DNA of 58,437 nt, taken from a candidate division WWE3 bacterium UBA1379 (GTDB lineage Bacteria > Patescibacteriota > WWE3 > UBA101185 > UBA10185). The position numbers were made by a program, and so were the translations under genes. The notes beneath the pieces were generated by a model. It saw only the letters and a list, made by a program, of their open reading frames with translations. It was not told where the DNA came from and did no database searches. The DNA lies in the NCBI GenBank assembly GCA_002305475.1, contig DBRB01000001.1:1-58437 (forward strand). Reading direction: 5' to 3'. Of this stretch, positions 24,030 through 34,664 are shown in pieces. Within the stretch, counting starts at the first letter, position 1. Each line of letters opens with the position of its first letter.

Positions 24030-26078
24030 TTAGCTGATGACAGTCAGCTCATTCATAGCTCTTGTTAAAGCAACAAATGCTTTTTTGGCTTGAGTGAAAT
24101 CCTTAATATTATTTAGATCCAATCCGACCACATATACTTTGGCAAATTCCAATCCCTTACAGTTTTCAAAAGATGTTAGATAAACTCCTTTAGGGATATA
24201 TGTAATACGTTTTTTGCTGTCCAAACGTATTACTTTATCCTCCGGGAGGTTAAGATTTCTAACAGCATCTTCGGCCATCTTCATGCTATTATCATTAAAA
24301 GTTATGATTCCGATGCTTTTGGATATTTCTTGAGTATCATTCTTCAGTTCATCCTGTAATACATCTAAAAGCTGTTGATTATCTTTTGTTTGCAGATATA
24401 AAGGTTCAGAACCTCTTCTGTTTATGGATTTCGGCAGATATTTATCCGTAAAAGGAGACAGAATCTTATTTGCCAAATCAATGATGGGTTTAGTGCTTCT
24501 GTAGTTTGTATCCAGTTCAAACATAGAAGCATTTTTTGCATCGGAAACTACACTTTTTATAGTATCCCATGTCGATAATCCTTCATCTAAATATGACTGA
24601 TTTAGATCTCCCAGAACACAAAATCTTCCCCGCATTACAAGTTTTCCTAAAATAAGATATTCCAAAACACTGAAATCCTGACCTTCATCCAATACGCAGT
24701 ATTCGTACTTAACCGTGTTTCGTAGTCCGATGATTTCCGAATATATAAATATATATATCAGGGTATCAAGATAACCCATCTTATCGTGGATAGGTAGTTT
24801 TAGGCTTTTTGAAAGTTCCGGTAATGTAGTTTCCCGAAGTTGAAGACGGAGTTTCTTTAATCTATTTATGAGTTTTTTAAGAATTTTTATGTTTTCTTTA
24901 TATGTGTATGACCTGATAGAGTCTGGATTTTCTTTTAAATAACCTTTTTGTAGATTTAACTCCTCTTCGGCGTCTCCGATTACTTCACTAAGGTTCTCAT
25001 ATACTGTACTTCCCTGACTATAAATATGGCTAACTATAGATTCATATTCTTCATCACTAAGTATTTCACCCAGCTGGGATTCATAATCTTTATGGACTTC
25101 ATTAATCTTTTCTTTTATTTGTTCTATATCTTTATAGGTAAATTTTGATAGGTCTTCGCTTAAATCAAAATCGATTTTAAAATTCAATTCTTCCCTGAAA
25201 ACCATGTTATATACCAGATCTCTTAGGGTTTTGTAATTTATATTAAATATTCCCAGTTTAGGAAATAATGTTGAAAGATATCCTACCAGTATTTGATTTT
25301 TAGCAATCAGAATAGATCTTTCAGGATGTATCAATTCAGGATAGTTGAAAAATATATGAGACAGTTTGTGGATGGCTACCGTGCTTTTTCCACTTCCCAC
25401 ACTCCCCTGTACAATACATATCTGACGGGGATCTGCTTCAATAATGTCCATCTGGTTTTCCTGAATTGTCTGGACAATATCTTCCAAAACACCACCTGTT
25501 CGTTTTTCAATTTTTTCGGCTATCAGTTCGCTTTCATCAAGTTGTATATCATTGTTGTAGTATTTAATTAATATACCTTCATCAATTTCAAATGTTCTTT
25601 TTAGGATAAGATCACTCGTTTTAATACCTTCCGGTGTATCATAAGTGATATTTTTCTGAGGATAACGATAGCGGTAGTATACGGATGCGATCTTAGCTCT
25701 CCAGTCAATAATTAAAGGGTCTTTTTCCGTATAACCATACTTACCTATATATAACTTCTGGACTTTTTCTCCTTCGGTTGTTTTTTCTTTTAAATCTATC
25801 CTGGAAAAATATGGCTCACATAACAACTGTTCAAATTCTTCAAGTCTTTGATATTTATCATAGAAATTGAAAGCGGCATTTTTTTCATGAAGTTCCTGCA
25901 TGAAAAATAATAAGTCATGTGGTTCGGTCTGTGGATCTTCCCTAAGCTCCTTTAATCTCTCGAGGTTTTCCTCGCCCATTTCATTCATCATTTTTTCCAG
26001 GGTAGTCTTAGCGTTTTTCAGCTTTTTTAAAGTATCGTCTAAATGTTGTTTTTCTTGTTTAAGAACTTGAGGTTCCAT
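24030..26078 (-). CDS. helD: HelD-like superfamily-1 (UvrD/Rep) helicase
   Basis: EPYFSRIDL and IDWRAKIASVYY N-terminal motifs typical of HelD. GSVGSGKST Walker A, LDEGQD, NYRST. Confidence 0.8.
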   Translation of the reverse strand: MEPQVLKQEKQHLDDTLKKLKNAKTTLEKMMNEMGEENLERLKELREDPQTEPHDLLFFMQELHEKNAAFNFYDKYQRLEEFEQLLCEPYFSRIDLKEKTTEGEKVQKLYIGKYGYTEKDPLIIDWRAKIASVYYRYRYPQKNITYDTPEGIKTSDLILKRTFEIDEGILIKYYNNDIQLDESELIAEKIEKRTGGVLEDIVQTIQENQMDIIEADPRQICIVQGSVGSGKSTVAIHKLSHIFFNYPELIHPERSILIAKNQILVGYLSTLFPKLGIFNINYKTLRDLVYNMVFREELNFKIDFDLSEDLSKFTYKDIEQIKEKINEVHKDYESQLGEILSDEEYESIVSHIYSQGSTVYENLSEVIGDAEEELNLQKGYLKENPDSIRSYTYKENIKILKKLINRLKKLRLQLRETTLPELSKSLKLPIHDKMGYLDTLIYIFIYSEIIGLRNTVKYEYCVLDEGQDFSVLEYLILGKLVMRGRFCVLGDLNQSYLDEGLSTWDTIKSVVSDAKNASMFELDTNYRSTKPIIDLANKILSPFTDKYLPKSINRRGSEPLYLQTKDNQQLLDVLQDELKNDTQEISKSIGIITFNDNSMKMAEDAVRNLNLPEDKVIRLDSKKRITYIPKGVYLTSFENCKGLEFAKVYVVGLDLNNIKDFTQAKKAFVALTRAMNELTVIS

Positions 26079-26083
26079 ATTTT

Positions 26084-26800
26084 TTAAATCCCTTCTTTGG
26101 CAACTAAAACAACATATTCTCCCTTTTCTTTGATACTCTGCTCGGAAGCTAAAAGGTCTTTCAATTTAGCAGTTTTTACATCCTCATGCAACTTTGTAAG
26201 GTCTTTGGCTAGGCAGACAGATCTGTTACCTAATGTATCAAATATTTCAGAAAGAAGTTTTTTCACCCGATATGGTGATTCATAGATAACTAATGTTGCT
26301 TCCAACTCTCCGTATTTTTTTATCAGTTCTTTTCTTTGGGATTCTCCCTTTGGTAAAAAACCTAGGAATACAAATTTATCCGTGGGCAGACCGGATACGG
26401 ATAAGGAAGATATTACTGCTGATGGACCGGGTATTGATACCACATTATAACCTTTTGATTTAAGCTCACGGACTAGTTTGAATCCTGGATCGGATATTAG
26501 TGGTGTACCACTGTCAGACATTAAGGCAACGGAATTCCCTTTATCAAGCATCTGAAGAATTCTACCAATCACCATATCATGGTTCTGATCACGGTATGAT
26601 ATCTGCGGTGTTTGGATACTATAGTGTTTAAGAATTTTATCTGTTTCTCGTGTATCTTCGGACAGTATCAGGGCAACATTTTTTAACACTTCAACTGCAC
26701 GAAATGTTATATCACCAAGGTTGCCGATAGGACCGGAAACCACATAAAGTGACACAATATTTGATTGGCTTAAGACGCCCATTCTCGCATTGTGACTCAA
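26084..26800 (-). CDS. rsmI: 16S rRNA (cytidine1402-2'-O)-methyltransferase
   Basis: LYVVSGPIGNLGDITFRAVEVLK ... SEDTRET ... SDSGTPLISDPG, tetrapyrrole-methylase fold of RsmI. Confidence 0.85.
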   Translation of the reverse strand: MSHNARMGVLSQSNIVSLYVVSGPIGNLGDITFRAVEVLKNVALILSEDTRETDKILKHYSIQTPQISYRDQNHDMVIGRILQMLDKGNSVALMSDSGTPLISDPGFKLVRELKSKGYNVVSIPGPSAVISSLSVSGLPTDKFVFLGFLPKGESQRKELIKKYGELEATLVIYESPYRVKKLLSEIFDTLGNRSVCLAKDLTKLHEDVKTAKLKDLLASEQSIKEKGEYVVLVAKEGI

Positions 26801-26824
26801 TTCCTATCGGATTGTCAAGTTCAC

Positions 26825-26854
26825 AAAAAACCGCGGCTTTTTCACCGCGGTTTT
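26825..26854 (-). terminator. rho-independent terminator (bidirectional shape) after the DsbA-like gene
   Basis: AAAACCGCGG / CCGCGGTTTT perfect stem around loop CTTTTTCA. A and T runs lie on both sides. Confidence 0.7.
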
Positions 26855-26879
26855 CTTGATATTAGATATAATGAAGAGC

Positions 26880-27656
26880 TTAGTTCAACATCGCATCAAT
26901 TTCTGCTTTCAGTTGTTCGTATGGAACTGCTCCCCTTAAGGCTACTACTTCACCTGTTTTTATGTTCATTAAAAAGTTTCCTGGTGTACCATCAACTCCT
27001 GAGGAAATTCCACTCTGGTAATCCGCATCAACAATTTTAGTCATTTCTCCCCCATCAAGACAGGTGGAGAATTTGTTTTGATCGACACCGAGATCTTTGG
27101 CCAAATTCTTTAAGCCATCCGCATTTACATCCTCAGTTGCTGCTGCCATCTTATCGGCAAATTCCCAGAATTTATCCTGGTTAGCATATTTTGTTATACA
27201 TTCACTTGCTTCTGCCTGTTTAAATGCGTTTGGATGAAGTGTAGTTAAAGGGAAATGTCTGTAAACCCATTTAACTTTACCCTTGTATTCATTCACTGCC
27301 TGTTGAGCTGTTGTATGGAATCTCTTACAGAATGGACAGGAAAAGTCAGAGTACTCTATTAAAGCGATTTCTGCTTTCATATCCCCTCTTGTGTGATCTT
27401 TATCTGTTGGTTTTGGTACATCACCCGCCGGTTTCTGGCCTGTCGGATCACCAAGTGTTGGGGCATTACCGCCGTCTGCACCCGCTAATACATTATTCTG
27501 CGAACCTCCCGATAAGACACCTTTCTCATAAAAGCTCACCTTGGTTGCTAGCGAACCCATCAAGAAAGAAACGAGCGAAACTAATAAAATAAATAAAATT
27601 GTAAGGAGATTATTTTTAAAGATTGTATTTAGTAATTTATTGTTTGTATCTTGCAT
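26880..27656 (-). CDS. DsbA-family thiol:disulfide oxidoreductase, membrane anchored
   Basis: CPFC active site in a thioredoxin-like domain; N-terminal TM segment. Confidence 0.75.
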   Translation of the reverse strand: MQDTNNKLLNTIFKNNLLTILFILLVSLVSFLMGSLATKVSFYEKGVLSGGSQNNVLAGADGGNAPTLGDPTGQKPAGDVPKPTDKDHTRGDMKAEIALIEYSDFSCPFCKRFHTTAQQAVNEYKGKVKWVYRHFPLTTLHPNAFKQAEASECITKYANQDKFWEFADKMAAATEDVNADGLKNLAKDLGVDQNKFSTCLDGGEMTKIVDADYQSGISSGVDGTPGNFLMNIKTGEVVALRGAVPYEQLKAEIDAMLN

Positions 27657-27760
27657 TACTGTACTCTAACTAAACATTAACTGTAAGTCAATATATCATA
27701 TAAAAATATATAAATATTTATCCTATTTGATAATTAGAATATATAAATCGTAGGGTTGGA

Positions 27761-28489
27761 TTATTGATCAGTAGAATCGTTTATATTACTTGATGTTTCA
27801 TAAATTTTGAAAGCTTTTTCATATTTCGGATCTATTTTAAACAATAAATCATTATCATCCTGGTTGGTTTTATCAATAAAAGGGTTTGATTTATTGTCTG
27901 AAGGAATATTAAGATCTTTTGATTCTTCTATTACCTTCTGCATTCTATCAACAGCTGGTTTTATTTTGTCTGCAGTATTTTTATAAATAGATATTGAACA
28001 TAATACTGTGAAGCTAAATAACAATAGTAATAAGAATAAACCTGGTAATATACTGCCTTTTTTTATAACTTTAGTTCCAAACAATTCATCATGCCAGGCA
28101 AGTTTTTCAGGATTTTTAATTATCCTTAAGAATCCTAAACCAAAAAACTGGGCAGAAAATACATAACCTATCGCCACCCTAATAAAAGAAGTTTTTATTG
28201 AAAGATAATTATTACTTTCATAATCTATAACTCGTAAACTAGTTAAAAGTTTTCCCGGTGTCCCTCCAAATTTTGAAGTGAAAAACGTTACATAAATAAC
28301 GTAAAATACTGCAGATAACATGTAGATAATAATTATGAATATTAATCCGTTGATTAGTAATAACGGATAATCCTGAGAAGAAGTAATGTTTGTGAATATA
28401 TATATCGGTAGTATCAAGAAAATAAAAAACAAAAGAAACAAATCAATTAACAATGCAAGAAATCTATGAAAAAATCCTGCGTTATTCAT
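27761..28489 (-). CDS. RDD family membrane protein
   Basis: N-terminal FHRFLALLIDLFLL RDD-type domain, then TM segments. 242 aa. Confidence 0.6.
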   Translation of the reverse strand: MNNAGFFHRFLALLIDLFLLFFIFLILPIYIFTNITSSQDYPLLLINGLIFIIIIYMLSAVFYVIYVTFFTSKFGGTPGKLLTSLRVIDYESNNYLSIKTSFIRVAIGYVFSAQFFGLGFLRIIKNPEKLAWHDELFGTKVIKKGSILPGLFLLLLLFSFTVLCSISIYKNTADKIKPAVDRMQKVIEESKDLNIPSDNKSNPFIDKTNQDDNDLLFKIDPKYEKAFKIYETSSNINDSTDQ

Positions 28490-29450
28490 TTGAACTTCCT
28501 CTCACATGTCTATATAGGTTTGTCCAGGTGAATGCATCGTATACTCCCATAAAACCCCTCAGTGCACTAAATCCTAATACTGCCGCAACTCCCAATGGTA
28601 TAGCCAGCCCTACTGTTACGATAACGGGTATTGTGGATGTATTCCCACCCACGAAGGAGAAAAAAGCTACTGTACCTAATATTGAAACAACAATCAGAGA
28701 TAAAAAAGCCTGAATGAAGCAGTTTGCTAATGTTAGTTTTATACTATTACCAATATTAGATTTAAACGCTTTAAAACCGATTTTCAAAGCTTCTTTTATT
28801 GTTACATTATCTTCCACGATATACCGTACGGCAAATAATCTCGAATATCCTAAAGCTATTGCAACCAATATAAATAAAATAATAAGAAAGGTAGTTAACG
28901 GTATTAACCAAAATGCGAAATTCTGATCTGATACTGAAATTGTTACCAACAATACAAGAGGAATGACTACGGAAAATATTAATAATCCTAGATAGATAAA
29001 TAATAGGAGCATGTCGAGTTTAATTATCTTTAAAAGGTTCCGTCTGCCTTCATAAGATAGTTCCTTTAGTGTCAGATCCTTCTGTCCGGCATCCAAAGTA
29101 CCTCTGATCACCGAACCTGTTGCCCAGCTACGTAGAATCATCAGCATAAATACGGCAACTGATACAAAGATAAGGAATGAAATAATAAGAATGACAATAT
29201 GGGGGATGAAATAATTTATATCTATATTACTATACTTTGGTCCGAGAAAAGCCTGAAAAAATTCAAGAGGATTCGCATTCCCAAATTTTTCCTGTAAATC
29301 AGGTGTAACGGAAGTGACATTCTTTGAAGAAACATTTGCCTGATATGAAAATGAGGATCCGCCAGCCAGAAGTAAGGCAAACACCCACAGTATTTTATAT
29401 TTCCATGCCTGCTCTAATGATTTCTTGATATTATCAACCGTACTATACAT
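28482..29450 (-). CDS. polytopic membrane protein, unknown function
   Basis: 322-aa ORF with about 6 hydrophobic segments. 8-nt overlap with the RDD gene. Confidence 0.55.
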   Translation of the reverse strand: MYSTVDNIKKSLEQAWKYKILWVFALLLAGGSSFSYQANVSSKNVTSVTPDLQEKFGNANPLEFFQAFLGPKYSNIDINYFIPHIVILIISFLIFVSVAVFMLMILRSWATGSVIRGTLDAGQKDLTLKELSYEGRRNLLKIIKLDMLLLFIYLGLLIFSVVIPLVLLVTISVSDQNFAFWLIPLTTFLIILFILVAIALGYSRLFAVRYIVEDNVTIKEALKIGFKAFKSNIGNSIKLTLANCFIQAFLSLIVVSILGTVAFFSFVGGNTSTIPVIVTVGLAIPLGVAAVLGFSALRGFMGVYDAFTWTNLYRHVRGSSNE

Positions 29451-29482
29451 ATATAAATATTACACAATTGACTTAAAATCAG

Positions 29483-30790
29483 TTAGAGAATTTCAATTTT
29501 TGCTCCTAATTCTTTATACACGGATATGATATCCGGATATCTCCTTTTTAGAATCTCAACACCGTTTATTGTAGTTTCTACAGGATCCGCCAATGCTGCA
29601 AGAAATATCGCTTTGCAAGCCTGAATTATTCCAGGTGCAGTAATCTTTCCCGATTTAAAATTAACAGGTCCATATACAATTACTCTTTGTGGGTCTGCCA
29701 TAAAAATATTTGCTCCCATTGCATTCAACTCTCTTATGAAATCCAGCCCTGTCTCATACATCCAATTCTGAACCATAAGCTTACCTTTGGTTTTACAAGA
29801 AAGAGTTACTATCGACGGAAGTGCATCTACCGGAAATCCCGGCCAGGGTCTGGGAACAAACTTTGCCATATCATCAGAAGCAAGGGGCATACCTGATGTT
29901 TTCGGATCAATATATAAATCTTTTCCCCCGTTAATCACCAAGTCATTTTTATCTCTGATAATTCCGATATTAAATTTCTCAAACCATTCAATCATGCCAT
30001 CAACTACATTAGGAATATTGGAATCTTTAATTCTAATTTCACCTTTAGTAATTGCAGCAGCAACTATGATTCCTGCAATATCAATATGATCCGGATATGG
30101 AGAAAACTTTGCAGAGGATAATTTACCTCCTTTTAGTCCTACTCTGTTTGAACCAATACCTTTTATTTCTGCACCCATATCTGATAGCAATTCCAGAAGT
30201 TGAGTTATATGTGGTTCACAGGCGGCATCGGATACTGTAATACATGAATTAACTCCAGCGGCGTACATAAAAATGTTTTCAGTTGCAGTTACACTGGCTT
30301 CAAACTGCCATATATCATATGAATCTTTTACATTTTTTGGAGCAGTAAATACAACATAGCCGTCTTCGAAATCCACTTTAATATCTGCTTTTGTAAATGC
30401 ATCTATATGAGCAGAGATAGATCTCTTACCAAGTACGCAACCTCCTGGAACAGGAATTTTTGCTTTATTAAATCTAGCCAAAAGAGGACCGGCAAACATT
30501 ACAGAAGATCTTATTAAATTACCCAATTGCTTATCCACCGTATAACTATTCATATTCTTACAGCAGATTTTTAAACTGTTAAAATCTTCGTCAATCACCT
30601 CTGCACCCATCAGTTTTAGCATTTCAAGCATTTTTAACACATCGGTGGAACGCGGTACGTTATGGTATGTAATACATTCATCAGTAAGAATACTTGCAGA
30701 TAAGGCAGGAAGTATAGCGTTTTTATTTGGTACGGGGGTAACACTTCCACGTAACGAAATACCCCCTGTAATTTTTATAGTTTCAGACAT
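29483..30790 (-). CDS. murA: UDP-N-acetylglucosamine 1-carboxyvinyltransferase
   Basis: 435 aa. KNAILP, catalytic-loop PGGCVLGKRSI, EPSP-synthase fold signature. Confidence 0.9.
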   Translation of the reverse strand: MSETIKITGGISLRGSVTPVPNKNAILPALSASILTDECITYHNVPRSTDVLKMLEMLKLMGAEVIDEDFNSLKICCKNMNSYTVDKQLGNLIRSSVMFAGPLLARFNKAKIPVPGGCVLGKRSISAHIDAFTKADIKVDFEDGYVVFTAPKNVKDSYDIWQFEASVTATENIFMYAAGVNSCITVSDAACEPHITQLLELLSDMGAEIKGIGSNRVGLKGGKLSSAKFSPYPDHIDIAGIIVAAAITKGEIRIKDSNIPNVVDGMIEWFEKFNIGIIRDKNDLVINGGKDLYIDPKTSGMPLASDDMAKFVPRPWPGFPVDALPSIVTLSCKTKGKLMVQNWMYETGLDFIRELNAMGANIFMADPQRVIVYGPVNFKSGKITAPGIIQACKAIFLAALADPVETTINGVEILKRRYPDIISVYKELGAKIEIL

Positions 30791-30806
30791 AAAACGACCA
30801 AGACAA

Positions 30807-31892
30807 TTAATATGTTACACCTTTTAGTTCATTCTTATCAAATCCTAAAAAGAATATTTCTGGCTCCAGATCAAGGCCGGCGATTTCATATGCACGTTTT
30901 TTCAGCTCTCTGACAACTTTTAAGAAATCTCTAGCACTGGCTTTTCCATGATTAATAATAAAATTACCGTGAACTTGAGATATTCCGATATCCCCACTTC
31001 TATATCCAAGCATCTTTAATATATGTTCGACGAGGTAACCTATACTGGTTGTAGGATAACCAAGCCTGTTTTTATCTTCCAGAGTAATATTCTTAAATAC
31101 ACATCCCGGAGAATTTCTTGGCTGAATCTTTTTTCTTTTCTTCCATTCATCAGCTGTGAATTTCGCTCTTTTTACATCACCTAGATACAAACGCAGTTTT
31201 ACAGTAAGAATAATCTCACCTGATTGATGAAACCTACTTTTATCATAATCAAGACCTAAATCCTTGTATGACATCTTTAAGATCCTGTTATCCAGAGTCA
31301 TTATTTCCACCTCTTCTATCAATTCACTGAAAAAATGTTCACCACCGTGAATATTATTATGTACGGCTCCACCTATAGTACCGGGTATACCTGCATACCA
31401 TTGCAATCCTGTCAGACCAGACTCTATCATTTTATATATTATTCCTGATAGACTGACCCCGCTATCCATTAATACACGAACTTGAGGTAATTCACTTTCA
31501 TCATAATTTAAATCCCTAAAATCAATCCCTCTGAATGTCCCTTTAGCATTGTCTGAATTCCATCTTGCCTGCTGTTTTTTAATCTTTATTCCGCTTTTAA
31601 CTTTTCCAAGTATTTCAAAATGGGAAGACATATTTCTAATCACTAAACCTCTTATCCCCTTATCAGATATCAAAACATTGGTGCCGCCTCCTAGTATGGT
31701 AACCGGGATATCGTATTGTCTAGCCAATAATATAGATTCTTTTAATGATTCTTTAGATTGTGCAGTGAATAGTAGGTCCGCCGGACCACCGATTTTTATA
31801 CTGGTTAAATATGATAAGGGAAAGTTCCTTTTTAACTGATTTGGATACCTAAAGTTTAGTGATTCCATTAAGGAAGCAATGCGTTTTTTCAT
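30807..31892 (-). CDS. murB: UDP-N-acetylmuramate dehydrogenase
   Basis: FAD-binding GGGTNVL motif, GIPGTIGGAV, C-terminal MurB domain (SPGCVFKN). Confidence 0.85.
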   Translation of the reverse strand: MKKRIASLMESLNFRYPNQLKRNFPLSYLTSIKIGGPADLLFTAQSKESLKESILLARQYDIPVTILGGGTNVLISDKGIRGLVIRNMSSHFEILGKVKSGIKIKKQQARWNSDNAKGTFRGIDFRDLNYDESELPQVRVLMDSGVSLSGIIYKMIESGLTGLQWYAGIPGTIGGAVHNNIHGGEHFFSELIEEVEIMTLDNRILKMSYKDLGLDYDKSRFHQSGEIILTVKLRLYLGDVKRAKFTADEWKKRKKIQPRNSPGCVFKNITLEDKNRLGYPTTSIGYLVEHILKMLGYRSGDIGISQVHGNFIINHGKASARDFLKVVRELKKRAYEIAGLDLEPEIFFLGFDKNELKGVTY

Positions 31893-31943
31893 ATCTGAGG
31901 ATATGAATAGTATAACACATATTATTATAGGTTTTACGTAAGA

Positions 31944-32120
31944 TTACTTTAATCTCTGAACTTCTTTGTGAAGAGTTCTTCTTCGTAATTTCGGATTGAA
32001 TTTCATCAAAGACAGCTTTTCTGCTGAATTGATTCTGTTTTTCTGAGTGATATAGGTTCTTAAACCTGTTTCGGTGCACTCAAGAGCTATTAAAATGCGG
32101 TTTCCTTTTTTCTTTGCCAT
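31944..32120 (-). CDS. rpmG: 50S ribosomal protein L33
   Basis: MAKKKGNRILIALECTETGLRTYITQKNR...KLSLMKFNPKLRRRTLHKE matches L33. Start set at ATG 32118-32120. Confidence 0.85.
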   Translation of the reverse strand: MAKKKGNRILIALECTETGLRTYITQKNRINSAEKLSLMKFNPKLRRRTLHKEVQRLK

Positions 32121-32234
32121 AGCGGATGAAAATATACTACAAAGATAGCATTTTAGCAATATGGTAAACATTATATATGGTTATCCATTCTCCTTGTCGA
32201 ATATGCCATAAAAGCGTAAAATATCAACATTTAT

Positions 32235-34664
32235 ATGACTTTTTATAACTTTGAGGAAATCGAGAATAAGTGGAAAGACAAATGGTTTTCAGACAACCTT
32301 TATGAAGCAGTGGATTTTTCTCCAAAACCCAAAAAATACATTCTGGCTGAATTTCCTTATCCTTCCGGGGCGGCATTACATTCCGGACATATGATGAGAT
32401 ATACGGTACCTGATGTTTATGCCAGATATTTGAGAATGAACGGATATAATGTGCTTTTTCCAATGGGATGGGATGCTTTCGGTCTTCCTGCAGAAAATTA
32501 TGCCGTAAAAACCGGTATTCATCCCGCTGTGACTACAAAAAAAGCAATAGATGCCATGAAACAGTCCCTGATGCGTATGGGATACGGTATAGACTGGGGT
32601 AGAGAGATAGCCACGGCCAATCCGAAATATTATAAATGGACCCAATGGCTGTTTCTTAAGTTCTATGAACATGGTTTGGCAGAGCTTAAAGAAATGCCTG
32701 TATGGTGGTGTGAAGCATTAAAGACAGTACTTGCAGAAGAGGAAGTATTAACCGACAAAGACGGTAATAAAATATCTGAACGAGGAGAACATCCAGTTGA
32801 AAGACGTCTTTTAAAACAATGGGTATTAAAAATCCCAGAATACGCGGAAAAACTAATTGAAGGCTTAAATTATGTAGATTATCCAAATTCAATAAAACAG
32901 GCACAGATCAACTGGATAGGACGCTCGGAAGGTGCTGAAGTAGATTTTCATATTAAGGGTATATCAGAAAAAGTTAGGGTATTCACTACGCGAATAGACA
33001 CAATATTTGGAGCTACTTTTATTGTAATCTCACCCGAACACCAAATAATTGAAAAAATAGTAACTGAAGAACAAATATCTGCAGTACATGAATATATGAG
33101 ATTGGCTTCACAAAAAAGTGATATGGAGCGTACGGAGCTAGCTAAGGATAAAACAGGTGTATTTACAGGTGCTTACGCAATTAACCCATTTAATAATGAA
33201 GAAATTCCTATCTGGACTAGTGACTTTGTAGTAATGTCTTACGGCACAGGAGCAATAATGGGTGTACCGGCTCATGATCAAAGAGATTTTGAATTTGCTC
33301 AAAAATTTAATTTACCAATTATTCCGGTTATACAGCCAAACGATAATAATCAGCCTATGCTTCCTTTCGATGGTGAGGGAATACTTATATCATCCGGTGA
33401 ATTTAATGGATTAAAGAGTCCTGATGCAAGAATATTAATGACGGATAAAGCTCAAAATGAAGGATTTGGGTATAAAAAAATTAACTATAAATTACGCGAT
33501 TGGATATTTTCCAGGCAAAGATACTGGGGCGAACCGATTCCTCTAATGTATGTGGAACCGGACGGACATATCGAAGTAGAAACGAATTTACCTTTAGTTC
33601 TTCCGGATGTTCCTGATTACACTCCGACATCAGATGCATCCGCCCCTCTGGCAAGAAACCAGGAATGGGTAAATACCATATCACCTAGTGGTAAACCGGC
33701 TAAAAGAGAAACCAATACCATGCCTAATTGGGCAGGATCCTGTTGGTATTTCATCAGATATTTGGATCCCAACAATGATAATGAGTTTGCCGATATGGAA
33801 AAAATGAAATATTGGCTTCCGGTAGATCGATACTTCGGAGGAGCTGAACATACAAATATGCATCTTTTGTACTCAAGATTTTGGTATAAGTTCTTTTATG
33901 ATATCGGTCTGGTTCCAACTCCGGAACCGTACCAATGGAGACTAAACGGCGGGTTGCTGCTTGGAGCTGACGGAAGAAAGATGTCAAAGTCACTTGGTAA
34001 TGTAGTTGACCCGATGACGGTAGTGGAAAATTATGGTGCAGATGCACTACGTTTATTTATATGTTTTATCGGTCCCTATGAAGATACATATCCATGGAAT
34101 GAAAACGGTATTAAAGCTACATTTAGATTAATAAACACAATTTACGATATAAGAAATCGAGTATCTGAAAATATAGAAAATAATGAGCTTAAAAAAGCTT
34201 TCCATAAGATGCTAAAAAACATTACAGATATGACTCAAGACCTTAAGATGAATACGGTAGTATCTGAAATCATGATTTTTATTAATGAATCAAAGAAAGT
34301 AGAAAAAATTGATAAAGAGCTATGGATGGAATTTATAAAATCTCTTGCCCCCTTTGCCCCTTATCTGGCAGAAGAATTATGGCAGGAAGTTAATGGATTC
34401 AAAGAATGGAAAAAAGAAAGCAGTGTTCATCTTCAAAAGTGGCCAAAATATGATCCTGAGATCATTAAAATGGATCAAATAACCATACCGGTTCAGATTA
34501 ACGGAAAAGTAAAGGATGAAGTACTTATAAATGCCTTAGACACAGAAGAAACCGTTAAACAAAAAGTAATGGAATCGGAAAAGTTTCAGAATGCAGTTGA
34601 AGGCAAAGAAATTATAAAGATAATCTACATTCCCAACAAAATATTTTCTGCAGTTATTAAATAA
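32235..34664 (+). CDS. leuS: leucine--tRNA ligase
   Basis: 809 aa. HSGH (HIGH-type) motif, CP1 editing domain, KMSKSLGN. Confidence 0.95.
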   Translation: MTFYNFEEIENKWKDKWFSDNLYEAVDFSPKPKKYILAEFPYPSGAALHSGHMMRYTVPDVYARYLRMNGYNVLFPMGWDAFGLPAENYAVKTGIHPAVTTKKAIDAMKQSLMRMGYGIDWGREIATANPKYYKWTQWLFLKFYEHGLAELKEMPVWWCEALKTVLAEEEVLTDKDGNKISERGEHPVERRLLKQWVLKIPEYAEKLIEGLNYVDYPNSIKQAQINWIGRSEGAEVDFHIKGISEKVRVFTTRIDTIFGATFIVISPEHQIIEKIVTEEQISAVHEYMRLASQKSDMERTELAKDKTGVFTGAYAINPFNNEEIPIWTSDFVVMSYGTGAIMGVPAHDQRDFEFAQKFNLPIIPVIQPNDNNQPMLPFDGEGILISSGEFNGLKSPDARILMTDKAQNEGFGYKKINYKLRDWIFSRQRYWGEPIPLMYVEPDGHIEVETNLPLVLPDVPDYTPTSDASAPLARNQEWVNTISPSGKPAKRETNTMPNWAGSCWYFIRYLDPNNDNEFADMEKMKYWLPVDRYFGGAEHTNMHLLYSRFWYKFFYDIGLVPTPEPYQWRLNGGLLLGADGRKMSKSLGNVVDPMTVVENYGADALRLFICFIGPYEDTYPWNENGIKATFRLINTIYDIRNRVSENIENNELKKAFHKMLKNITDMTQDLKMNTVVSEIMIFINESKKVEKIDKELWMEFIKSLAPFAPYLAEELWQEVNGFKEWKKESSVHLQKWPKYDPEIIKMDQITIPVQINGKVKDEVLINALDTEETVKQKVMESEKFQNAVEGKEIIKIIYIPNKIFSAVIK

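Noticed and set aside
31849-32463. ORFs 31849-32079(-) and 32224-32463(-), and the 17-codon extension of rpmG.
   Set aside because: They overlap rpmG or leuS in other frames or antisense and have no motifs. L33 begins at the conserved MAKKKGN.
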